Positions 1 through 10,466 of a stretch of DNA of 64,000 nucleotides are shown piece by piece. The position numbers and the translations under genes were made by a program. The DNA comes from Chthoniobacterales bacterium (GTDB lineage: Bacteria; Verrucomicrobiota; Verrucomicrobiia; Chthoniobacterales; Chthoniobacteraceae). Within the stretch, counting starts at the first letter, position 1, and the number at the start of each line of letters is the position of its first letter. The stretch covers positions 28,847-92,846 of the forward strand of contig JBBQZX010000023.1 of NCBI GenBank assembly GCA_038207335.1. Direction: 5' to 3'. The notes under the pieces are model-generated. The model made no database searches, was not told where the DNA came from, and worked only from the letters and a program-made list of their open reading frames with translations.

Positions 1-1140
1 CCGGAGGATCGGGAGCTTCAGGCGAAAATCCTTGCGGTGCTCGCGAAGCATGATTTTACAAAGCTCGACGCGGACGGCCGCCTCCAGCTCCTGCGCGCGT
101 ACGAGCTCGCTTTCACCCGTCTCGGCAAGCCCGCGCCGGAGGTTTGCGCAAAAGTTGCCGCGCGCCTCGAACCGCTCTTCCCGAACGCCGATTGGCGCGC
201 GGATCGCGAACTTGTCGGACTGCTCGTTTTCCTCGACTCGCAGACCGTCGTGGCGAAGACAGTGCCGTTGCTCGACACGACTGTGGATACCGACACCACG
301 ATCGCCGACGACGCCGTGCTCGCGCGCAACGAAAACTACGCAAAGGCAGTCGATGCGATGCACTCGAGCCGTCCAAACAAGCAGGCGATTTACTACGCAT
401 ACGCGCTGCGCAACGCGACCGCCGGATGGACACCCGCGCTTCGAAAGAGCTTCTTTGCTTGGTTCCCGCGCACTCAGGCGTGGCGCGGCGGCAATAGCTT
501 CCCGAAATTTCTCGAGAACATCCGCACCGAGGCGCTCGCTAATTGCGTGACCGACGCGGGTGAGCGCAACGCCCTCGCAGACCTTTCCAAAGCCGCGCCT
601 CCCGCCGCGTCGGCCAACTTCGTGGCGCCGAAAGGGCCCGGCAAAAACTACAGCGTCGATGACGTGGCGGCGCTCGCGAAGGATGGCTTGAAGAAGCGCA
701 ATTTTGAGCAGGGCAAGGCGATGTTCACGTCCACGCTGTGCAGCACATGCCATCACTTCAACGGCACCGGCGGCAACATCGGCCCGGACCTCACTGGCGC
801 GGGCAATCGCTACACGCTGCGAGACCTGACCGAGAACATCGTCGAACCGTCGAAGGTCATCAGCGACCAGTACGGCAGCGAGCAGATCACGCTCAAGAAC
901 GGCGATCTCGTGATCGGCCGCGTGGTCGTGGAGGAAAATGGAAAGCTCTTCGTGATGGCCAGCCCACTCGCGCCAAACGACCTCACACCAGTCGATGCCG
1001 CGAGCGTGAAATTTCGCGCGCCGTATCCCGTCTCAATGATGCCGCCGGGGCTCATCAACACGCTGAATCCCGACGAACTCCTAGACCTTATCGCCTACAT
1101 CCAATCCGGCGGAAATCCGAACGACAAGGCCTTCAAATAG
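1..1140 (+). CDS. C-terminal part of a PVC-type putative membrane-bound dehydrogenase / cytochrome c haem-binding domain protein (5' truncated by window edge)
   Basis: Frame is open from base 1. Contains CxxCH (CSTCH), GG.IGPDLT and a terminal SMMPPGLINTLNPDELLDLIAYI, typical of PVC haem-binding domains. Confidence 0.8.
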   Translation, partial: PEDRELQAKILAVLAKHDFTKLDADGRLQLLRAYELAFTRLGKPAPEVCAKVAARLEPLFPNADWRADRELVGLLVFLDSQTVVAKTVPLLDTTVDTDTTIADDAVLARNENYAKAVDAMHSSRPNKQAIYYAYALRNATAGWTPALRKSFFAWFPRTQAWRGGNSFPKFLENIRTEALANCVTDAGERNALADLSKAAPPAASANFVAPKGPGKNYSVDDVAALAKDGLKKRNFEQGKAMFTSTLCSTCHHFNGTGGNIGPDLTGAGNRYTLRDLTENIVEPSKVISDQYGSEQITLKNGDLVIGRVVVEENGKLFVMASPLAPNDLTPVDAASVKFRAPYPVSMMPPGLINTLNPDELLDLIAYIQSGGNPNDKAFK

Positions 1141-1202
1141 TCGCTGCTTAAGACGACAAACTTGTTGCGTCGGAGCGTGCGCGTTCGCACTGTGGGCACC
1201 GC

Positions 1203-2306
<1,104 letters not shown>

Positions 2307-2337
2307 GATTTTGGTAATCCTCGGTCGCTAATTCTCC

Positions 2338-3411
2338 ATGGCCTACATCGATCAATTTTTTGAAGTGCTCATCAATGCGGGTGCGTCAGATCTTCACCTC
2401 GGCGAGGGCGAGGCACCGAAAATCCGGCGCCATGGCGAGATCGTTCCCATCCGTGACGAAGTGCTTTCGCACGACGAGATGGCATTTATGATGAGTGAAA
2501 TCTGCGGGCCCGATCGTTGGGCGCGCTACGAGGAATCCGGCGACCTCGACTTCGCGTACGAGATGGATGAGCACTCGCGTTTTCGCTGCAATTTTCTCAA
2601 GCAGACGCACGGCTACGGAGCTGTCTTTCGTCTGATCCCGACGAAAATCATGTCGCTCGATCAGCTGGGCATCCCGGCTGTGGTCAAGGAGTTCGGCCAT
2701 CTCCGCGGCGGGCTCGTACTCGTCACAGGACCTACCGGCTCGGGAAAATCGACGACCCTTGCGGCGCTGATTGATTATATCAATTCGAGCTTTCAGCGGC
2801 ACATCATCACCGTCGAGGAGCCGATCGAATTCGTGCATTCCAACAAGAAGTGCATTATCACACAGCGCGAAGTGCCCGAGCATGCGAGCAGCTTTCCCAT
2901 CGGCCTGAAAGCAGCGCTCCGCGAGGATGCGGACATCGTGCTCGTCGGTGAGATGCGCGACTTGGAAACGATCCAGCTTGCGCTCACCGCGGCGGAAACC
3001 GGCCTCCTCGTCTTCGGCACTTTGCACACGAACAACGCGCGTAAAACCGTCGATCGCATGATTGACGTTTTCCCCAGCGACCAGCAGGCGCAGGTCCGCA
3101 CGATGCTCGCGAACTCCCTCCGCGGCGTGGTCGCGCAGCTCCTCATGAAACGCTCCGACGGCGGTGGCCGAATCGCGGTGAATGAGATCCTCGTCGTCAA
3201 CAGCGCCGCGAGCGCGATCATTCGCGAAGGTGCGACGCAGAAGCTTCAGGACGTGATCGTCGGCGGCAAAGGCCAGGGGATGCAATTCATGGACGACGCA
3301 ATCTGGACGGTGATGCAGCAAGGCATCGTCAGCCCGCACGAGGCCTACATGAAAGCGATCGACAAGCCCCGCTTTCGTGTCTTCCTCCCGCCTGAAGACC
3401 AAGGCCTGTAG
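2338..3411 (+). CDS. pilT: Type IV pilus retraction ATPase, PilT family (second tandem copy)
   Basis: ASDLHL, GPTGSGKST, EEPIE, LREDADIVLVGEMRD, GTLHT. Confidence 0.9.
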   Translation: MAYIDQFFEVLINAGASDLHLGEGEAPKIRRHGEIVPIRDEVLSHDEMAFMMSEICGPDRWARYEESGDLDFAYEMDEHSRFRCNFLKQTHGYGAVFRLIPTKIMSLDQLGIPAVVKEFGHLRGGLVLVTGPTGSGKSTTLAALIDYINSSFQRHIITVEEPIEFVHSNKKCIITQREVPEHASSFPIGLKAALREDADIVLVGEMRDLETIQLALTAAETGLLVFGTLHTNNARKTVDRMIDVFPSDQQAQVRTMLANSLRGVVAQLLMKRSDGGGRIAVNEILVVNSAASAIIREGATQKLQDVIVGGKGQGMQFMDDAIWTVMQQGIVSPHEAYMKAIDKPRFRVFLPPEDQGL

Positions 3412-3475
3412 TCGCATCGCCTAGTCCGTCTGGCTTTGGGCGCCCCTCCCACTTCTGCGGAGAAAACGTCCGCCC

Positions 3476-3847
3476 TTACCGTCGCCTCGGCCCGCCTGCG
3501 AGCCCCTGCACACGCCCTGCCGCCCACCTCATCAGCACTGGCCGCAGCAGGTCGAATGTGATCTTCAACACGCCGAGCCCGAGTGCGGCAGCACCCGCTT
3601 TTTCCGCCGGCTTGCTATCCTTTTTGCCGATCGTGATCTGTTTTTTACCGCCCCCGATTTTCGACAAAATCAGCCCGAACAAACCCGCCGCGCCCATCCA
3701 TGCAAAGCGATGACGGATAAAGCCCTGCTGGATTTTCGCAGCCGGATGAAGATGCGCCCGCGCCCCGGTAGCGTGCGCGCTCAGCTCAGAGCGTGCGCGT
3801 TCGAGATCGCGGATTAAAGCGCGTTTGCGGTCTTCGAGTTCAGCCAT
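3476..3847 (-). CDS. Small membrane protein, positional YqjK analogue
   Basis: Coiled-coil N-terminus and hydrophobic segments; overlaps the upstream YqjE-like gene; third gene after DUF883 and YqjE-like genes. Confidence 0.6.
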   Translation of the reverse strand: MAELEDRKRALIRDLERARSELSAHATGARAHLHPAAKIQQGFIRHRFAWMGAAGLFGLILSKIGGGKKQITIGKKDSKPAEKAGAAALGLGVLKITFDLLRPVLMRWAAGRVQGLAGGPRRR

Positions 3848-4245
3848 TCGTGGTCCTTTTTAAACTCCTGCAACGTCGCCGGGAACATCGGTGCCGAGAG
3901 GCGCGCCTTCGCGATCAAAACGCACGCGATCGCCACGCCGAAGTGCAGCAGACCCATACTGAGCGTCACCCATATCCACGCGTGCTCGGTGCCGATCGCC
4001 CACGCGATCAAAAACACGACCGCGAGGCACAGGAAAAAGTAGCCGAAGACGACCACCACGAGCGCGATGACAGCAAGCGCGATGACGATCGCAATTCGGA
4101 TGCCGGCATCCTTCCCCTCGAGCCCGGCGAGCTCGAGCCGCGCCTTTAGGTAATCGAGAAAGGCCGAAAGAATCCCGGACAGATGCCGAAACAAGCCGGC
4201 ATCCGACTGCGAGCCTCTCGGCGAATCGTGGAGAGCTGAAGGCAC
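3814..4245 (-). CDS. YqjE-like / phage-holin-superfamily membrane protein
   Basis: RLELAGLE motif, two TM helices, FPATLQEFKKDHEWL terminus; GTG start at 4245 inferred. Confidence 0.75.
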   Translation of the reverse strand: MPSALHDSPRGSQSDAGLFRHLSGILSAFLDYLKARLELAGLEGKDAGIRIAIVIALAVIALVVVVFGYFFLCLAVVFLIAWAIGTEHAWIWVTLSMGLLHFGVAIACVLIAKARLSAPMFPATLQEFKKDHEWLNSKTANAL

Positions 4246-4250
4246 GCGGT

Positions 4251-4679
4251 TTAGCGCCGGATGACCAGCCCAATCAGGAATCCAGCGCAAACGGCGGTGC
4301 ACAGCGCGCGCATCGGATTCTGGCGCACATACTCCTCACCGTCTTCCTGGAGCGTACGCGCGCGATCCCGCGCATCGGTGTAGGCGTGCTCCGCGCGCCC
4401 CTTCAAGTCCTCGGCGCGTCCGCGCAAATCGTGCGCCGCACCCTCGGCACGAGCCCGCAGTTCGCTTGCCTTTGCTTCCGCCGCTGCGCGCAATTCCTCT
4501 GCCGCCTGCTTCACATGGCCCTTCGAGTTTTCGAGGTCTGACGTGAGCGAACCGGCCGCTTCCTTCAGATGCTGCTTCGTGCTCGCGAGGGTTTCTTTCA
4601 CGCTCGGCTGCGACGGCTTAGTCGCGCCGGGATTGTTCGATTCCGGGTTCGATCCGGGGTTGTTTTGATTGTCGGGCAT
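4251..4679 (-). CDS. ElaB/YqjD/DUF883 family membrane-anchored ribosome-binding protein
   Basis: Helical Ala/Glu-rich body ending EEYVRQNPMRALCTAVCAGFLIGLVIRR. Confidence 0.8.
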   Translation of the reverse strand: MPDNQNNPGSNPESNNPGATKPSQPSVKETLASTKQHLKEAAGSLTSDLENSKGHVKQAAEELRAAAEAKASELRARAEGAAHDLRGRAEDLKGRAEHAYTDARDRARTLQEDGEEYVRQNPMRALCTAVCAGFLIGLVIRR

Positions 4680-4781
4680 AAATGATGGATTGTTTTTGCA
4701 GCGTCGCAGCGGTGCTGCCTGCTCGACTGGCCTGCTGATAACTTTAACGGTTCTCGACCCTCGTTCGCGCTTATCGTGCGG

Positions 4782-5001
4782 TCATTGTTCGCGGAAAATG
4801 ATGCGCGCCTTCGTCAGGTCGTAAGGCGACAACTCGAGTTCCACTTTGTCCCCCGGCACTATGCGGATGAAATGCTTGCGCATCTTCCCTGAAATATGTC
4901 CGAGCACCAGCGCGCCATTCGGCAGCGCGACACGGAACATCGTGCCCCGGCAGCACCTCGCGGACGGTGCCTTCCGTTTTAATAGCGTCATCTTTCGCCA
5001 T
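4782..5001 (-). pseudogene. infA: Translation initiation factor IF-1 with a +1 frameshift (extra base in a 4-G run on the coding strand); may be a sequencing error
   Basis: [19 protein letters not shown] in one frame, [53 protein letters not shown] in the next; ATG to TGA is 220 nt (219+1); C4 run at 4945-4948. Confidence 0.85.
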
Positions 5002-5103
5002 GGCCAAAACTTCTGCGCGAAGCCGAGAAAAACGCAACGCAAGAATCGCCGAGCGCCCCGTGTGATTGCCTTCGCCCGTGCGCCTGTCTTAGCTTCCGCT
5101 GCC

Positions 5104-6399
5104 ATGCTCGATATCCGGCTCATCCGCGACCAACCCGACTTCATCAAAGCCCGCCTCGCCACGCGCGGCGGCGACGCCCATTTGCGCGTCGATGAAATCC
5201 TCGCGTGCGACCGCCAGCGCCGCGCCGCCGAGACGCAGCTCCAGCAGCTCCAAGCCGATCGTAAGCGGCTCAGCAAAGAAATCGGCGGGCGCAAATCGCG
5301 CGGCGAAGACACCGCGGAAACCGAGGCGCAAGTGCGCGGAATCGGCGATGAAATCGCACAGCTCGACGCGCAAGCCGCCACGCTCGATCAGCAGCAGCGC
5401 GACCTGCTTTTGCAAATCCCGAATCTCCCTCACGCCGCCTGCCCAGTCGGCGAAGATGCCAGCGCGAACCCCGTCGTGCGCGTGTGGGGAGAAGCGCCGG
5501 CGTTCACTTTCACTCCGAAAAGCCACATCGAGTTGAGCGAAAACCTCGGCCTGCTCGATTTCGAGCGCGCCGCGAAAATCAGCGGCAGCGCCTTTGTCGC
5601 ATTCATCGGCGCGGGCGCGCGGCTCGAGCGCGCGCTCATCAATTTCCTGCTCGACCTCCACACCCGCGAGCACGGCTACACCGAGGTCTCGCCGCCATTT
5701 GTCGTCCGCGCCGACGCGCTCATCGGCACCGCGCAGCTCCCGAAATTCGAGGAGCAGCAATACCGCTGTGAGCGCGACGAACTCTACCTCGCGCCCACCG
5801 CGGAGGTGCCCGTCACGAATCTCCACCGCGATGAATTCCTAGCGCTCCGCGACCTGCCGAAGCGCTACACCGCTTACACGCCGTGCTTCCGGCGCGAGGC
5901 GGGAGCCGCCGGGCTCGGCACGCGCGGGCTCATCCGACTGCATCAGTTCGATAAAGTTGAGCTGGTGAAAATCACGCGTCCAGAAACAGCCGAAGCCGAG
6001 CTGGAATCGCTCACCGCCGACGCAGAAAAAGTTCTGCAACTGCTCGGATTACATTTTCGCACCATCGAACTCTGCACCGGCGACATCGGATTCGGCTCCG
6101 CAAAAACGTACGACATCGAAGTCTGGGCACCCGGCCAAAACGCTTATCTCGAAGTCTCCAGTTGCTCGCATTTCGGCGACTTCCAGGCTCGCCGGATGGG
6201 TCTGCGGTTCAAAGGCGAAGACGGCAAAAACCAATTCTGCCACACACTGAACGGCTCCGGCACAGCGCTCCCGCGACTCTTTGTCGCGCTGCTCGAAACT
6301 TACCAGCAAGCCGACGGCTCCATCCTCATCCCCGAGGCATTGCGCGGGCATTTCGGAGGGGAGCGAATTTCCCCTCCCGTTGCCAGACCCACGGGGTGA
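5104..6399 (+). CDS. serS: Serine--tRNA ligase
   Basis: MLDIRLIR start, N-terminal coiled coil, [40 protein letters not shown]. Confidence 0.97.
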   Translation: MLDIRLIRDQPDFIKARLATRGGDAHLRVDEILACDRQRRAAETQLQQLQADRKRLSKEIGGRKSRGEDTAETEAQVRGIGDEIAQLDAQAATLDQQQRDLLLQIPNLPHAACPVGEDASANPVVRVWGEAPAFTFTPKSHIELSENLGLLDFERAAKISGSAFVAFIGAGARLERALINFLLDLHTREHGYTEVSPPFVVRADALIGTAQLPKFEEQQYRCERDELYLAPTAEVPVTNLHRDEFLALRDLPKRYTAYTPCFRREAGAAGLGTRGLIRLHQFDKVELVKITRPETAEAELESLTADAEKVLQLLGLHFRTIELCTGDIGFGSAKTYDIEVWAPGQNAYLEVSSCSHFGDFQARRMGLRFKGEDGKNQFCHTLNGSGTALPRLFVALLETYQQADGSILIPEALRGHFGGERISPPVARPTG

Positions 6400-7352
6400 A
6401 GAGCGCGCTTGATGCCGCAGCCGTGCAGTGCGTCGCGGCACATCCGCCCGAGGCAACTTACCTCATCGGCGTCTCCGGCGGACGCGATTCCGTCGCGCTT
6501 CTGCACCTGCTCCTCGCGCACGGATACCGCTCGCTCATCGTCTGCCACATCGACCACGCCATTCGCGCCGACAGCGCCGACGATGCGCATTTCGTGGAAA
6601 GGCTCGCGTGCCGTTACGAACTCCAGCCGCTCATCTTTCGCGAAGACATCCCCGCTCGCGCCCGCGAAAGTCGCCGTTCGCTCGAAACCACTGCCCGCGA
6701 CGCGCGCTACGAAGTCTTCGCGCGAGTCTGCGCCGAACGAAAATGCGCCGGCGTCTTCCTCGCGCATCACGCCGACGATCAAGTCGAGACGATCCTCTTC
6801 AATCTCTTCCGCGGTGCCGCACCCGGCGGCCTCAGCGGGATGCGGCCGGCATCGACGCGCCAATTCAATGACATTGAACTCCGCATTATCCGTCCGCTGC
6901 TCGGCGTCACGCGCGAATTCATCGACGACTACATCGCGAGCCACGCGCTGCAATTCCGCGACGACTCCTCGAATCTCACTGCGCACCACACCCGCAACCG
7001 CATCCGTCAAGAACTCCTTCCCGCGCTTGAAGACATCTTCGGTCGCGACATCTGCGCCGCACTTTTGCGCACCGCCGCGCTCCTGCGCGATGACGAACTT
7101 TTCCTCCAAACCCAGCTCCCACCCGTCTCTGCAGACCTCTCAGTCGAGCAAGCGCGCGACCTCCCCACGCCACTCCAGCGCCGCGTCATCCACGCATGGC
7201 TGCGGGAAAACAGCGTTCGCGATCTTTCCTTCGATCTCATCGAGCGGGTCCGCTCTCTCCTCACCACGCGCACCGCAAAAGTGAATCTCCCAGACAACGC
7301 CCACGCGCGGCGACGCGCTGGACGGCTCTTCATCGAACGGGATTCAGACTGA
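6396..7352 (+). CDS. tilS: tRNA(Ile)-lysidine synthetase
   Basis: PP-loop GVSGGRDS, HIDH, ARDARY, AHHADDQVET, IRPLL, RNRIR; GTG overlaps the serS TGA. Confidence 0.92.
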   Translation: MKSALDAAAVQCVAAHPPEATYLIGVSGGRDSVALLHLLLAHGYRSLIVCHIDHAIRADSADDAHFVERLACRYELQPLIFREDIPARARESRRSLETTARDARYEVFARVCAERKCAGVFLAHHADDQVETILFNLFRGAAPGGLSGMRPASTRQFNDIELRIIRPLLGVTREFIDDYIASHALQFRDDSSNLTAHHTRNRIRQELLPALEDIFGRDICAALLRTAALLRDDELFLQTQLPPVSADLSVEQARDLPTPLQRRVIHAWLRENSVRDLSFDLIERVRSLLTTRTAKVNLPDNAHARRRAGRLFIERDSD

Positions 7353-7397
7353 CCTGCCGCCTTGCGCCTCTTCGCTTCCTTCCTACAATCCGCGCCC

Positions 7398-9053
7398 ATG
7401 CTCCCCCTCACGGATGGGACCCAATTGGTGATCGCTGCGGTTCTGGCACCGGTCATTTTCATAACTTCGCTCGCCATCGGCCGCTGGCTGAAGCGACGCC
7501 AAGGCGTGCGCCTTGGCTTCCTCTACTTTTTTTTCTGCGCTGCGATTTCGCTCTTCATACCGCTCCTCTTTTGCGGGCAGGCCATTATGCGGGAAAAAGG
7601 AAACGCGCCTCCCGCAGTCAGCGCGATCGATGCCGAACGGCTAAAACTTTTGGAGCAACAAGTCGCCGACCTTTCGGAAAATCTGAAAGTCGCTCGCGCG
7701 CAAGCCGAAGGCGCGGGCGTCTGGACCGGCTACTCGATCAGTCTCGCTAGCCTCAAACGCGACCTCGGCGCTGCCATCGCGCTGCTCGGCACATTCGTCA
7801 TCATCGCACTCGTCCGCCGATACTTTTGGGAGCTGTGGTTTGAGCGAAAACACAAGGCACCGCCGCCGAAATTTCTCAGCCAGATTTTAGGCCTCGTCTT
7901 CTTCGTCACCACCGCGCTCGTCATCGTCTCCGTCATCTACGGAAAGGACCTCGGCGGCTTCGTTTTCGGCTCCACCGTCGTCGTCGGCATTATCGGTTTT
8001 GCCATGCAGGATTTGCTCGGAAACATCATCGCCGGTGTGGCCCTGGAAATCGGCAAGCCATTCAAAATCGGCGACTGGCTCGTCATCGACGACGGGCACG
8101 CCGAAGTCATCGAAGTCAACTGGCGCTCCACCAAGCTGCGCAACAACGACGACATCTACCTAGACATTCCCAACAAGAACATCGTCGGCGCCACGATCAC
8201 CAATCTGACTTACCCGACGAAACAGCACGCCATCCGCATCCGTATTGGGTTTGAATATCACGTCGCGCCGAATTTCGTGAAGGACTGCATGGCGCGCGCC
8301 GCTGCGAACGCAAATGGCGTCCTTACCACTCCGCCGCCGAAGGTATTCCTGCGCGAGTTCGGCGACTCAGCAGTCATTTACGAGATCAAGTTCTGGATGG
8401 AAAACGAGGCGAGTTTCAACGACATCTGCGACGGAATCCGCACCAACGTCTGGTACGAAGCGCAGCGCAGCAATCTGCGCATCCCCTTCCCCATCCGCAC
8501 ATTACAAGTCGAGAAGCCACAGCCTCGCCACGAGAAGACGCTCGAAGCCGCGCAGGACTTGATGCGCAATCAAGAGTTCTTCCAGTGCCTCGACGAAGCG
8601 CAGATGAGCCGGCTGCTGCTCAATGCGAGGCTCCTCAAATTCGGAAGAAACGAGAAGATCATCCAGCAAGGACAAAGCGGCGAGTCGATGTTCATTCTCT
8701 TGAAAGGTGAGGCCGATGTTTTTGTCCGCTCGGACAAGCACGAGACACGCGTCGCGACGCTAAAGGAAGGTGACTGTTTCGGTGAGATGTCGCTGCTCAC
8801 TGGCGCCGCGAGGAATGCCACGGTCATCGCGCGCGTGGACTGCGAAATGTGGGAACTCGAGAAGCCTGTCCTGGCCGAGCTTTTACAGCAAAATCAGCGT
8901 CTTGTGGAAAGACTCGGCGAGCTGCTCGCGAAGCGCAAAATGGAAACCGAGGGAGTGATCGCAGCGACGATGGAGAAGGCCGAAATCGCCGCCAAACAGC
9001 GAGAATACACCGCAGGAATTTTGGCGAAGCTGTCGTCGTTTTTCGAGCTGTGA
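7398..9053 (+). CDS. MscS-family mechanosensitive channel with C-terminal cyclic-nucleotide-binding domain
   Basis: GFAMQDLLGNIIAG, KPFKIGDW, IPFP, then cNMP motif FGEMSLLTGAARNATV. Confidence 0.9.
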   Translation: MLPLTDGTQLVIAAVLAPVIFITSLAIGRWLKRRQGVRLGFLYFFFCAAISLFIPLLFCGQAIMREKGNAPPAVSAIDAERLKLLEQQVADLSENLKVARAQAEGAGVWTGYSISLASLKRDLGAAIALLGTFVIIALVRRYFWELWFERKHKAPPPKFLSQILGLVFFVTTALVIVSVIYGKDLGGFVFGSTVVVGIIGFAMQDLLGNIIAGVALEIGKPFKIGDWLVIDDGHAEVIEVNWRSTKLRNNDDIYLDIPNKNIVGATITNLTYPTKQHAIRIRIGFEYHVAPNFVKDCMARAAANANGVLTTPPPKVFLREFGDSAVIYEIKFWMENEASFNDICDGIRTNVWYEAQRSNLRIPFPIRTLQVEKPQPRHEKTLEAAQDLMRNQEFFQCLDEAQMSRLLLNARLLKFGRNEKIIQQGQSGESMFILLKGEADVFVRSDKHETRVATLKEGDCFGEMSLLTGAARNATVIARVDCEMWELEKPVLAELLQQNQRLVERLGELLAKRKMETEGVIAATMEKAEIAAKQREYTAGILAKLSSFFEL

Positions 9054-9074
9054 GCAGCACGCTGGCGCGTGGCT

Positions 9075-9161
9075 TTTGAACCACGAAGGCACGAAGAGGA
9101 AGAAATCGCCGCTGTGACTGGTTGTAACCCTCTCTCCGCCTTCGTGCTTCGTGGTTTCAAA
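9075..9161. repeat. REP/MITE-like inverted repeat between convergent genes
   Basis: Left arm TTTGAACCACGAAGGCACGAAG (9075-9096); right arm CTTCGTGCTTCGTGGTTTCAAA (9140-9161). Confidence 0.75.
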
Positions 9162-9173
9162 CCGCTGACCGGC

Positions 9174-10394
9174 TCAACGGTGAACGTGGAAAGTATTGTA
9201 GCGGGGGTTGGCGGTGAAGGCGGCTTTGAGAGTGCTTTTCCCGGCGGCGATTTCGCCGGAACTCATCTCGATCATTCCGGCGTGGTAGAGGATGTGCGCG
9301 TCACGCGTTCCGGTGAGCCGGGCTTTTTTTGAAAGGGCGAGCGCTTCATCGAGTTTGCCTGCTTTTTGCAATGCCCACGCGAGCGAGTCGTCTGCTTGGA
9401 TTCCGTGGCGGAGCGCAGCATCTTTTTCGGCCCACTCGACTGCTTTTTCCGGGTCTTCGACCGAGTCGGCGTAGAAGCCAGCGAGATGGTGGAAGAAGAG
9501 GACTTCGCCTTTTTCGACCGATGCGAGATAGCCAGCGAGGGCGCGCTCGTGCCACCGCTTTGCCTCCTCGCGTTTCCCGGCGAAAAGGTAGAGATCGCCT
9601 AGGGCTTGCATCAGTTCAGGGCGCTCGGTCGTCGTGATGACTTTCGTGTAGAGCGCGACGGCTTCGTCGAGTTTGCCTTGCGCGCCGCGGAGTTCGGCAA
9701 GGTGATCGAGCACGGCCCAATAGTCCGGCTGCGCGGCGAGCGCTGCGTCGTAGGACGTTTCGGCGGCGTCCCAATCGCCGGAGCGGAAGGCAATTTCACC
9801 GCGCTGAACTTCTAGCCACGCGACGGTTTCAGGCGAAGGCGGTGTTAGATTTTTCGCGGCTTCGAGCGCGGCCGTGAGCCGCTCGGTCGCTTTTGCGACG
9901 CGGCCGTGGATGAGGTCGAGTTGCGCGAGCCGCGGCTCCATTCCGATTGGATTCGCATCGGCGGCGACGGCGCGGTCCCACGCGTTTTTGCACGCGTCGT
10001 AATCGCCGAGGTTCAGGAGCGCGTCGCCGAGTTGCTGCAACGGCGCAGGGCTGCCGGTGAGAATACCAACGAGTTGGTCGGCGGTCTTGCGGGAGTCGCC
10101 GAACCGGTGCGCGGCCAGTTCGACGTGGGCGCGGGCGGCAAGACCGCCGTGATTGATATCGGGCGTGGAGACTTTGAACGTCTGCTCCACGGCCTCAGCT
10201 GCGGCGCGGAGATACTCGAGGCGGCCGGTGCTCGCGAGCAGGCGCAAGCGCGTGTCTGCGAGGCGATTCCACGAGATGAAATCGCCGGTGTCGGAGGCGA
10301 CGCGGGCTTCGAGAAAGCGAAGGGTGGCGTCCGCGGCACGGAGAGTCGCAGTGACGAAAAAGACGAAAGCGACGAGAAGGACGAGGCGGCGCAT
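9174..10394 (-). CDS. Secreted tetratricopeptide repeat protein
   Basis: Signal peptide MRRLVLLVAFVFFVTATLRA; repeated helical TPR-like motifs (LGDALLNLGDY, RGEIAFRSGDW, LGDLYLFAGK). Confidence 0.75.
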   Translation of the reverse strand: MRRLVLLVAFVFFVTATLRAADATLRFLEARVASDTGDFISWNRLADTRLRLLASTGRLEYLRAAAEAVEQTFKVSTPDINHGGLAARAHVELAAHRFGDSRKTADQLVGILTGSPAPLQQLGDALLNLGDYDACKNAWDRAVAADANPIGMEPRLAQLDLIHGRVAKATERLTAALEAAKNLTPPSPETVAWLEVQRGEIAFRSGDWDAAETSYDAALAAQPDYWAVLDHLAELRGAQGKLDEAVALYTKVITTTERPELMQALGDLYLFAGKREEAKRWHERALAGYLASVEKGEVLFFHHLAGFYADSVEDPEKAVEWAEKDAALRHGIQADDSLAWALQKAGKLDEALALSKKARLTGTRDAHILYHAGMIEMSSGEIAAGKSTLKAAFTANPRYNTFHVHR

Positions 10395-10466
10395 CGGGTG
10401 AAGATGCGACGGATCGCGCCGTGCGGCGAGTTACAAGCGTGCGTCCAGCCAGGCTGGTTGCCTGTG

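Noticed and set aside
3814..4245. Prophage, suggested by the holin-family label
   Set aside because: The context is a DUF883-YqjE-YqjK-like operon, with no phage genes.
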